Assembly: GCA_030265395.1 (NCBI GenBank)
Contig: JARFYF010000094.1
Span: 59,741,682 to 59,805,681, forward strand
From: Rhina ancylostomus
Taxonomy: Eukaryota
Reading direction: 5' to 3'
DNA length: 64,000 nt
Shown here: piece after piece, positions 53,457 through 64,000 of the stretch
How positions within the stretch are numbered: the stretch's first letter is position 1
Layout: the number at the start of each line of letters is the position of its first letter
Made by a program: the position numbers and the translations under genes
The notes under the pieces: generated by a model
What the model saw: the letters and a program-made list of their open reading frames with translations, nothing else
Database searches by the model: none
Told to the model about the DNA's origin: nothing

Positions 53457-55117
53457 GTATGTACTGCCCCATCAAACCCAGAGTACTGTATATTATCTGG
53501 TTTGAATTGTCCAAGATATGAATGCTTCAGAGGTCAGGAGCTATTTGGGAAAAAGGATATTATCTTCTCGGGATATTTAAGTGCTCGCTGGAAGGTCACG
53601 TGTTCACATCTGGTTTCTTCCCAACTAAGTGAAATCAGCTGACAGAAGGTTCCCATTCCTTCAAATTCCATGCCATCATTTTATACTTGCATTTATTTCT
53701 AAACCTATTGTCTGTACAGCAATATAGTACAGAACACTATATAGAAGACTGTCAAAACATTACTGGAACCATTTAGTTTGGAGAGATGTGAGGTAATACA
53801 TTTAAAATAGGCTTTGGAGAACCTTACAATGCAGGCCAATTCCCAGACCCACTCTAGAACATAAACTTTACTTTGGATGAGCATTAAAGACAGACGATAT
53901 TGATTCAGTCACATCCTTCCCAATATGGTCCAATTTTACTCTAACGCTGTACAAAAGACTGGGGCTGATTTGGGACCTTCTAGCTCTCTTGTTTAATAGT
54001 TCCTGGAAAGCTTCTTTTGATGTACTAGCCCTAGAGCACTTCTAGTGATATTCCTCGGGGAAAGGAAAGGATTTATTTTTTTAACATGACAAGTTGTTAT
54101 TTTCAGAATGCATGACCTAAAGGCATTGAATAATGACTTTCAACATTTAATTTGATATCTGTCTACTTTAAAAGGAAATATACAGCACAGTGGTAAAAGA
54201 TCAGGTGAGTAGGACTAATTAAGTAGCTCATCAGAATGACTAGCATCAATACAGTGGGCTGAATGGCCTGCTTCCATGCTTCAAGATTCTGTGATATCCT
54301 CCTCTTGATTCCTTTTGGGATTGTGGTACATGGACAACAGATAAGGGAAGGGTCACACTTAGATATGATGTTGCAACAGTGAGAGGGTGGTTAGGGTTAG
54401 GGTTCTCAGGTAATCAGGGGGTCCTGCAGAGGCTGGTGAAAAAGGGTTGTGCATGCAGGTCATGAAGATCCTTAAGGTCGTCTCGGCAGGATGGTCCAGG
54501 GAGGTCTTTGTAAGGACATGACTTATATAATGTAGGCAAATCCCTCTGTATTCTCTGCCTTTCCTGTGGGCCAAGTGAAAAATAGTTGAAATCTCCTTTC
54601 CCTGAATGTGGATTTTAGATGGATCTACATAATACAGAGTGTAATACAGAATGTCAGTGACAGAGGTCATGTCAGACTGGAATGGTCCTGAGGCTAGCAA
54701 GCTGAGACTAGCTGTGTTACTGACCTCTTTAGGAACAATCAGAAGTGTCCCCACCAAGATCAGTAAGGAATGAGAGGGAAGCAGTCAGGAAAGTTTGCAA
54801 TCACTGAGTCAGGAGGGTGGGGTTGGGGAAGAAGCACGACCTATTTTTGGAGTTGGGAGTTATGTTGCAGCATCCCTGGTCCACAAAGATACCTGGGCTT
54901 CCCACAGTCTGCTGTGCTCAGGATCTTGGTGGCTGCAAGCTTTTGCAAACAGTAGTGCAGGATTTAGTTGGGAGCATGTTGAAAATTGGCCTGGACGTCC
55001 TAATGACTGCCCCACTCCACAAGCAGGAAGATTCTCCTTGTCTGGTTAAAATGGTGATGGGCAAGATTGAGGCATGAACCTTTAGCCCTTGCATTTTAAG
55101 CCACCTTATCCCCCCCA

Positions 55118-55139
55118 AACACACACACACACATACACA

Positions 55140-55173
<34 letters not shown>
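55118..55173. repeat. (CA)n microsatellite
   Basis: Read directly. Confidence 0.95.
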
Positions 55174-55174
<1 letters not shown>

Positions 55175-55250
55175 CATCACCACCAACTGGTTTTGAGCTT
55201 GTGTGAGATTAGGGGTTGTAAATGCTTCTGGTTTTGTCTCCAATCTGCAG

Positions 55251-55413
55251 CCACCCAGGAGGAACTGGAGAGTCCAGTGAAGTCACCGGTAGAAGCACAG
55301 GTAGATGGGATAGTAGAACATCTCAGGATTGGCAGCAACTTCACTTTCAGAGTGACTGTGTTACAGGCATCGAGTATCTCAGCTGAATATGCCGATATCT
55401 TCTGCCAGTTCAA
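55251..55413 (+). CDS. KIF1A: KIF1A exon: (A)[53 protein letters not shown](N)
   Basis: atctgcag acceptor, gtaagt donor, 163 nt, phase 1 to 2. Confidence 0.95.
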
Positions 55414-55819
55414 GTAAGTAAGCCATCACCATCCTGTGTAAACCCATTGCCATGTGTGATAGGTGTGATATTTCCCCATTACAAAGAAATCTGCTTATCC
55501 CATTTGAGAGATCCACCTTGTTTACATTTATACCAGTGCCACACCTTACCCACACCCCTTTGCCATCTTCTTAAACCAATCTCAAGAGTTTCTGCTGGCA
55601 AGGTGGGGGGTGTAAAACAGCCCACTAAGGATTTGTAGTTTAGCCTATATTCTGCAGCACCCCGAGAATCTGATATATTGACCCAGTACTATGACTAAAT
55701 TGTACATAACATATAGAACTTGGCAGTTAGGCTGAATCAATATCAGAACTGCAGACAGGAATGTAAGGAACTTCTAACCAAGGTCCAGCTGTGATTTTAT
55801 TTCTTTATTTCTCCTACAG

Positions 55820-55910
55820 TTTCATCCATCGCCAAGAAGAAGCCTTTTCTACAGAGCCATTAAAAAACACAGGCCGAGGACCCCCACTTGGCTTTTACCA
55901 TGTGCAGAAT
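55820..55910 (+). CDS. KIF1A: KIF1A exon: [30 protein letters not shown]
   Basis: ctcctacag acceptor, gtgagt donor, 91 nt, phase 2 to 0. Confidence 0.97.
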
Positions 55911-55984
55911 GTGAGTCGGTATTGCGGGTACAGCCGCAATTAAACAGGACTAGATAGAATGCCCACACATTACTCAACCATACA

Positions 55985-57495
55985 AATTGTACAAGGTGTT
56001 AGTGAGACCATACTTGGAGTATGGCGTGCAGTTCTAGTCATCCAGCTGTTGTAAGACAATCACACTGATCCTTAAGGGGACTTTTTCTCTCCCTAGTTAC
56101 CCTTTTGATCTTAAAGTACTTACAGAATCTTTTAGGATTCCCCTTTACCTTATCTGCCAAAGCTATCTCATGTCCTCGTTTTGCTCTCCTGATTTCCTTC
56201 TTAAGTGTCCTCCTACATCCCTTTCACTCCTTAAGGGACTTGCTTGATCTCAGCTGCCTATACCTGACATATGCCTCCTTTTTCCTGACCAGCGCCTCAA
56301 TATCCCTCACCAACCAGCTTCCACAATCCTGCCAGCCTTGCTCTTTACTCGAACAGAAACATGCTGTCCTTAAACTCTCCTGATCTCACTTTCAAAAGCC
56401 TCCCACTTGCCAGATTTTCCTTTACCTAGAAACAGCATCTCCTGAGCACCCTTTGCAAATTTCAAAGTTAGTCTTGCCCAAATTTAAAACTTGAACTTGT
56501 GGACAAATCCTGTCATTTTCCATAACTATTTTAAAACCGATGCGCCATTTAAAGGCCAGGAGAGAGGGAAATCAGACTAACTGCAGGCTAGTCAGCCTAG
56601 TGGTAATAGTAGAGACTTTGAGAGACATTAATTGGGCCTAAACTATTCAGACTGTGGGAAAGTACAGGTGATTAAATGAGAGTCAGCATCGATTTGGCAA
56701 AAGGTAAATTATATTTGACTAATTTGATTGGGTCCTTTGATAAAGTAACAAAGAGGGTTGATATTGGTAATATTGTTGATTTTGACCAGATTTACAGGAG
56801 AGCAGTGGTAAAGGGTAGCTTTTCAAATTCATCTAAAGTGGAGACACAAGACGCTGCAGATGCTGGAATCTGGAGCAACACACAAAAAGCTGGAGGAATT
56901 GAGCGGGTCAGGCAGTATCAATGAAGGGAAATGACAGTCAACATTTCAGGTTGAGACCCTTAATCTGGAAGGGATTCTGAGAGACAGGATCTATCTGCAT
57001 TTGGAAAAGCAAAGACTAATTAGGGATAGGCAGCATAGCTTTGTGTGTGGGAAATCGTATCTCACCAATTTGATTGAGGTTTTGAGGAGGTGACCAAGAG
57101 AAGTGACTGTTTACCCTGGAGTGAAGGTGCCTGAAGGTTGACCTTATAGTGATTTATAACATGATGTGGGGCACAGATATGGTGGATGGTCACAGTCCTT
57201 TTTCCAGGGTAGGAGAGTCTAGAACTAGAGGGCATAGGTTTAAGGTGAGAGTGGAAAGATTTAAAGGGGATCTGAAGGGTAAGTTTTTCCACACAGAGGG
57301 TGGTGGGTATGTGGAACAAGCAGCTAGAGGAAGTGGTAGAGGTGGGTACAATTATAATGTTTAAAAGACATTCAGAAAGGTACATGGATTGGAAAGGTTT
57401 AGAGGAATATGAGACTTAGCTCAGGTAGGCAATTTGGTCAGCATGGATAAATTGAGCCACAGGGCCTGTTTCTGTGCTGTTATAACTCGATGACA
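55985..57495. mobile_element. Cluster of CR1 fragments in both orientations plus a palindromic repeat at 56838-56970
   Basis: Plus strand: LVRPYLEYGVQF (about 56000), YLTNLIGSFDKVTKRVD (56710), SYLTNLIEVLRR (57055), SRTRGHRFKVR and 3' UTR (57220-57490). Minus-strand piece about 56070-56540. Confidence 0.8.
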
Positions 57496-58606
57496 TCTGC
57501 ATCCTCCAGTCCTCTGACACTGCCACTGTATCTAAAAAGCATTGGAAAATAATGGCTAGAGCCTCTACAGTTTCTTTCCTTCCAGTTTCCATTAACTTGG
57601 AACAAATTTCATGCAGACCCTGCGGCTTTCAACTTTGTGAGCAGTTGCAATTACACTGTCCAATTTCATCACTGTGCACTCCTGTGTTGTTACATGGGCA
57701 GCACCCTCTCAAGTAGATCCACATGTGATGTGCTGTTTTTATACCTCACCCATGCCTCCTGCTTCTGAGAGAATTTTGGTCTCAAATAATTGGCTCATTT
57801 TTTTCTTGACACCCCTTTTCACTATTCATTTGATTTGAATAAGTCAGAAGCTTTAAAATTCTGCAACAATGTAATTTAAGGGGACCCTGCATGAGTGGGT
57901 TCCAGACTAGTTTTGGCACCCTGACTTATGTGGGTCCCTTTAATTATTTGCCTCCAGTGCTTGAGTCCTTTCACCCCACAATGTCAATCCCCCCTGCATC
58001 TCCTTTGCCTGACATCTCCAACCACATTCACTCAATCACGGCCTCCCCTAAGCTCTGATCTGCAACTCCTCTGGACCGTCAGACCACAATCAATGTACAA
58101 CCCTTAACTGAACTTCCAACCCAACTCCCTACCCATTCAGCCCCCTAAAGTGCGCAGCATTTGCAGGGCTAAGCATGAAATCAAAGACTAGTTGTCGTGC
58201 ACTCTGATAGGTGTGTTTTATGGGGTTGTTGAATTGGCCTTCTGTACCAAACCACCAGGCCCAGGGCTGCTGATCTGCTGTTATACCTTTGAGGGTGTTC
58301 GGGAATTGGAAGGTCAGGAGCAAAGAGGACTGGGCCAATTGAGGATTGTGAGTCATGGGTTTGGAGAATTTGGGGGTGGGGGCAGGAACAATCAGGATTT
58401 GAAGGAGTTGAGGGTGAGTTGGCCTCCCAAGTAAACCGGACTTCTTCAGCTCTAAAATCTCTGCACTTCTAGCATTGTAGAGTCATTCAGGAACTCTGTA
58501 CATAGCAGTGTGCTCTGCCACCTGTCCTGTTAATGGCTGCAGCAGATTGGAAACGGGTTTTTTTCTCAATCTTGAAATGTATTTGAAGGAATTATTCTTT
58601 TTACAG

Positions 58607-58725
58607 ATTGCGGTGGAGGTGACCAAATCGTTCATAGAGTATATCAAGACCCAACCCATTGTCTTTGAGGTATTTGGACACTACCAACAGCACCCGTTCT
58701 CACCACTCTGCAAGGACCTCATCAG
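58607..58725 (+). CDS. KIF1A: KIF1A exon: [39 protein letters not shown](S)
   Basis: tttttacag acceptor, gtagac donor, 119 nt, phase 0 to 2. Confidence 0.97.
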
Positions 58726-59059
58726 GTAGACACTCCTGCTATATATTGTTTATAGCCACATTACTCAATTATTCTGCTGAAAGTTCAAAAGTACCTCACT
58801 CTATAGCAACAGAGGTTCTGCATCAGTCTTCAGTTCAGCTTGTATTGCAGTGGCTGGGGAGGATCTAGGATAAGATAAACTATTCAAGGACTTGGAGGTG
58901 CAAATGTAAGTCAACTAAAGAGCACAATATCTGACTGAGAGAGAAAGTCCACCCCAAGCCTGTGCTGTCTATTGTTGGTATTTCAGTTGGCATCCAGAAT
59001 TTATCATTGTGATATTCCTGCCCCAGGCACTTCACAGAGGCCAAACATTGGTTAGAAGC

Positions 59060-59630
59060 CTTCTTCTGAGGCACTGCCTCAGGATTGAAGATGACTTGCT
59101 TCAATTTTATTGGCTCTGAGGAAATGCCAACCCTTCCAAAGATAGAGGTGCCAAATGGGGCAAGTAGATGAATAGTTTATGAGATGATGCTCCCCTTCCA
59201 TTGCTTACACTGGTCTTTTGGCATGATCCCAGTGCATGTAGTCAATGTTGTCAATGCCATCACAAATGCTTCTTCTCAATGTGGAGTGGTCATGAGCCAA
59301 GGATTCCCACGTGTCAGTAGGGTAGCTGCAATTTTTTCAAGAAGGTTTTAAGTACATACTTAAGTCTTTTCTTGTGCCCATCTGGTATTCTCTTCCCTTC
59401 ACACAGCTTAGAAAAGAATGTCGGTTTCAGGAGGGTCTGCTAGCAGGCTTGTCAATGGCATGGCCTGTGCAATGGAGACAACTGAGTATAACTAGGCCCT
59501 CAGTGCTGGAGATATTGGCCTTAAAGAAGACAAATGGTTCTCTTATCCTTCTGTGACTTTGGAGAGTTTTGTGGAGACATCATTGCTGGAACCTTGAAGT
59601 GCCTGCAGTAGGTAGTCCAGGTACAAAAGG
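59060..59630 (-). mobile_element. RTE-clade LINE 3' fragment, second copy
   Basis: gaagatgacttgcttc and aactgagtataactaggccctca match the 24560-25085 copy (aattgagtgtaattagggcctca). Confidence 0.55.
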
Positions 59631-60380
59631 TTAGAGCACTGTTGGTGTGCCTGATTCTGTTCTGTGCACCACACCCTAGAAAGATGTATTCAACTTGGAG
59701 AGATTGCTGAAATTTCTGAAATGATTCTTGAATTCCAAGGCCAATTGTGAGAATAGGTGACAGAAATCAGAGTTCATTTCCGCTGGAACTTAAAATTAAT
59801 CAACATTTTGGACATTAAGAAAGTCCGATAGAGTGAATAGAGAGAAACTTTTCCCAATAATTGGCAGTCTATTACCAGCCACATAACCAAAAGAATTGAG
59901 TTAGACCTACTAGGAAGTTAGGAAAGTTCAGCAAATTGGTAAAAGTTTGTTCCTGTCTTCTGCAAATTCTGCTGAGGCAGAGTCAATCATTAATCGGAGC
60001 TTGATACACTTTACTAATAAAGGTATTAAGTATTGGGGGCAAAATGGGAGGATGGTCACAGATCAATTAAGTACTCATTAAATGGTGCAACAAGGTAAGG
60101 GACCATGTACCCTTTTCCTGTTCCTATGAACAGCAGTTTAGTTGTCATGCCCCTATAGGCAGCTCTCATTCCTAGAGAAATAGTTTCTTTACATTTTGTC
60201 AGACTCTGCATTTAACAACTAAACCAGGAATTTAACTGTGCAAAGGGATCCAGAGAATGAATCATCAATTTATGGTATAGCATGCTAACGAAGTCTAGCT
60301 GGGGATCTCTTCTCAATAAGTACCCAGCTTCATTGTACTAAAAGTGGTTTTCATTAGGTCTTTTCCCTTTCTGTTCTCAG

Positions 60381-60436
60381 CCCCTTAAGACCATCTCGCC
60401 GGCAGTTCCCTCGGGTGATGCCCTTGTCTAAACCAG
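60381..60436 (+). CDS. KIF1A: KIF1A exon: PLRPSRRQFPRVMPLSKP; gene continues beyond this exon
   Basis: gttctcag acceptor, gtaaga donor, 56 nt, phase 2 to 1. Confidence 0.96.
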
Positions 60437-63400
60437 GTAAGAGGAATAAACTTGTTTCATGCTTTTTTGATTCACATAGTAACATTAGAGGCTAGCAATT
60501 AGGTGGGAAACAGCACAAGGCCACCATTTTTGGTATGTAATATCCTTTACCCAATCATAAGCCATTTTACTGACAAAGATGGCTTTTTTTTGTATCCTGG
60601 GTGAGTACGTAAGTAACATTTCACCCCTTACTTTTGTAGACTAGGGACTGAATTTCATTGCTGTCACCAAAACTGATCAACTGGAGGTGTTGGTCCTGCC
60701 ATGCCTGGGTCCCTTACCTGATCTGTGCTCAGTTTGCTTGTTCTTCAGCCAAAGAGTAGCCAGTTGCCTGAGGGAAACCACTGAGTCAGCAACCTCAGGG
60801 CAGCAGGATAAAGAAGGAAGCAAGTATAATTGTATAGATCTCGATTCACATGCTCAGAAGATGGATTTCTGAATGTCAGGAAGTTCAGAAGTGGATAATC
60901 ACTCTCAATAAGATCAGTGGTCGGCATAGCAGGTTTCAGACATGATCAAGGCTTCTCATCAACTCTCGCAATCACATTGTAATTTTAATGCCAGCCTCTC
61001 AACGTTACCGTGAGAACAACCTTCTGCCTGAAACCCCCACCAACACATATTCCTTGGTACCAATCTCTGACCTCAGACTTTCTCCCAAGGATGATACTAG
61101 GGTAGAGTAGAGAGTTTGAGGTTCAAGGTATGAACCTTAAAACTCTACCTCTCTCCTGTGGCCTGGTATCAATCTTAGCCTCAATCTGTCCACATCAGTC
61201 CAATGGCACATTTTAACTTCAGCCTGTGATCATTATACTAACCTTGATCTCGATCATTATACTTGCCCTGAACTGCTGTAAAATGAACACTTCAGCTTTC
61301 ATTAGTATGGTGGTACCACCCGGCATCAATCTCCTCACCAGATTCAACAAATCTGAAGTTGCAAAGGAAAGATACACCACATCAATCCTCCACACCAACA
61401 GCACTAGACGTGGCAGTGATGGCAGAGCTTTCACACTGATAAATCACGCAACACCTTGACACAACCATACCAATCAGACAATGTTGCAGACTCCTCCCTC
61501 ATGTTCCTGGACATACACATTTCCATTGCAGGAGAGATCGATTAGAAGTGATGACACAGTGGAATATGGTCAAAAGAGAGTGCCAGGAATGGTCTTTATT
61601 GACCATGTTAACCGAGCCTTGAATGACTTAATGGCCAGACTAGTGACAGCTGTTGGTGTTACCCCAAGTGATGTAAGGGCATGGTTCATTGACCTACAAT
61701 GCCACCTTGTCGGAAAGGTGCACTGCTTTTACCGAGTACTGTCAGGGCAGAGAGCTGGTGTGGCTCTGGCCTCAGTTCTCAAAGTATCAGCACCTGAAAT
61801 CAGAGATGTTTGCCAGGGCTGGATAATATTCAAGGACAACACTCAGGTTTTCTCTAGCGCATGGAGGGGTGGGAATACTAACATGTTTTCCTTTCTTCAT
61901 TAGACAATCTGTTGGAGTTGGTGCAATGTTATGATTTATGTTGTTTTCTGTTCCCATTACACACCTGGCAGAGAATGAGAAAGCACTTGTTTTGATTAGA
62001 CACCTGATGCCAAATGGGTTGAGCCTTCCATTCCTGGACTCGCTATCCATGCACGCCGTGTCTGCTGCTAGTGTTGCTGTTTCCTATCTCTCCGAGGAGG
62101 AGGATTGTGCTCCCTTGCCCCTTCCTAATGCCCTTGGCTGTGCTGTCAGGAAAGCCCAGACACATGGTTTGTAGTAAAGGAGCCTGTTGGAAGTCTCTTT
62201 GATNNNNNNNNNNNNNNNNNNNNNNNNNNNNNNNNNNNNNNNNNNNNNNNNNNNNNNNNNNNNNNNNNNNNNNNNNNNNNNNNNNNNNNNNNNNNNNNNN
62301 NNNNNNNNNNNNNNNNNNNNNNNNNNNNNNNNNNNNNNNNNNNNNNNNNNNNNNNNNNNNNNNNNNNNNNNNNNNNNNNNNNNNNNNNNNNNNNNNNNNN
62401 NNNNNNNNNNNNNNNNNNNNNNNNNNNNNNNNNNNNNNNNNNNNNNNNNNNNNNNNNNNNNNNNNNNNNNNNNNNNNNNNNNNNNNNNNNNNNNNNNNNN
62501 NNNNNNNNNNNNNNNNNNNNNNNNNNNNNNNNNNNNNNNNNNNNNNNNNNNNNNNNNNNNNNNNNNNNNNNNNNNNNNNNNNNNNNNNNNNNNNNNNNNN
62601 NNNNNNNNNNNNNNNNNNNNNNNNNNNNNNNNNNNNNNNNNNNNNNNNNNNNNNNNNNNNNNNNNNNNNNNNNNNNNNNNNNNNNNNNNNNNNNNNNNNN
62701 NNNNNNNNNNNNNNNNNNNNNNNNNNGCTGCAAACCCATCCTCATGTACCTGACTAGGGCGTTCTACATCCTGACTAGGGCTCTGGTTGCACACCCAGCC
62801 AATACATCCAGTAATATAGAGCAAATCTCACACGCATGGGGATGCATGGATAGTAATTCCATGAATACTGAGGACTTTGTGTACTAACCAGTGAGGCAGA
62901 TGCTGAAATATTGGGATTTCCAAACAATTAGATACCAGGTTTTTGGAGTTTTACTGTACCTAATTCATCTCTTCCATGTACAGTTGGATAACTCACCTTC
63001 CTGACTTCCTGTCTTTTCTGAATGTGAAATCTGGTGCTCAAACACACTCAGAACACCTTCCTTCCCACTAAACATACATTGTAGTGGCTTACCACGGCAG
63101 GGAGTAGCTGAAATCTGAAACTGCTATGGTTTATTCGACAGGTTATAGATTCTTCCTTTCCTCTTTTCATTTCTGTTCCTTGATTTTGGGCTAACTGAAG
63201 AAAAGCAATATTCTTCTGGTGGAATCTTGGTCTGTAAATTTCTGCATCCTCCCTGATGAAGAATTTTACTGCAAGTCCCCAAATATTGACCTGTGAGGAA
63301 ACATCATTCTGTCTGCTTGTATAAAATGGTGATTCCCCAGTTTATCCCACTCACTTCTCTTGCCCCTGGTGATGTAACCAACTCAAAGCCACTTCCCATA

Positions 63401-64000
63401 GGATACAGCAGTGTGTCACTTCTCAGTCCTGTGCCCTTGTGTCTCACTCAGTAACAAACAACAGTGGACAAGAGTGTGCAACTAAATTGAAAATAGATAT
63501 GACTTCAGAACAGATTTGACATAATTGATATTGATGGCAGTATTGTGATTCACTTACGTTTGAAAGTTGGTAAGTCTTGGTGGAGCCTAAGATGAAAGAT
63601 TTCCCCAAGGTAAATAAGGCTGAATCAAACTGGTGATGAGGTGAAGTTAAGGTTTGTTTTTAAAAGCAACAGAAGGAAGAGAGCTCCTCAGTGGGTCTTC
63701 CCAATAGAAAGTAAGGCTGAAGTGATTGCTAGAAGGCAGCAAGTTCAGACTTGTAAACCAAAAAATGTGCAGATTCATAATTGAGCTATTTTAGGGCCAA
63801 TGAAATTTTGTAAGACAATGCACACTTAGTCCATTGCTGTTATTCAATCACACTCAACTGTTGTCCTTTTATTTAATATTTATATGTTAATTTTAATTCA
63901 AGAAGCCACACTTAACAACTGAGTGCCCATGGTCCATTGAATAGTGGCACTTTCATAGTCAGGTGTAAGAATGTCCGTTCCAATCAGCTTTCGGTGTGAT

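Noticed and set aside
61219-62174. ORFs of 70-140 aa near the window end
   Set aside because: No similarity to the next expected KIF1A exon (VPATKL...) or to any family I recognise; probably decayed repeat sequence.
62084-62824. Longest ORFs in the track (188-246 aa)
   Set aside because: Artefacts of translating through a long N gap.

Overview
Eukaryotic (vertebrate) genomic DNA, most likely from a cartilaginous fish; this is inferred from HE1/V-SINE-like, Deu-SINE-like and CR1 repeats typical of sharks and rays. The whole window lies inside one plus-strand gene, the neuronal kinesin-3 motor KIF1A. I traced 19 coding exons by hand (119-60436), running from the end of CC1 through the FHA domain, CC2/CC3 and the acidic alternative exon into the post-CC3 region. 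Splice phases are consistent, and all complete introns are GT-AG. The ORF track is almost all noise or exon read-through. Introns hold CR1, Tx1/L1, RTE, SINE and Harbinger relics, minisatellites and assembly gaps. Main observations: (1) a candidate cassette exon at 4632-4694 (IEHRRAAQMLLESLGVFSPKE) that duplicates the end of the CC1-FHA linker exon with mostly synonymous differences and has neuronal splicing motifs nearby; (2) the first exon lacks its expected ETEK start and any in-frame acceptor; (3) an old 30-32 bp satellite array interrupted by two Tx1 insertions; (4) hammerhead-ribozyme-like cores in palindromic repeats. No prokaryotic features, CRISPR arrays, rRNA or tRNA genes were seen.
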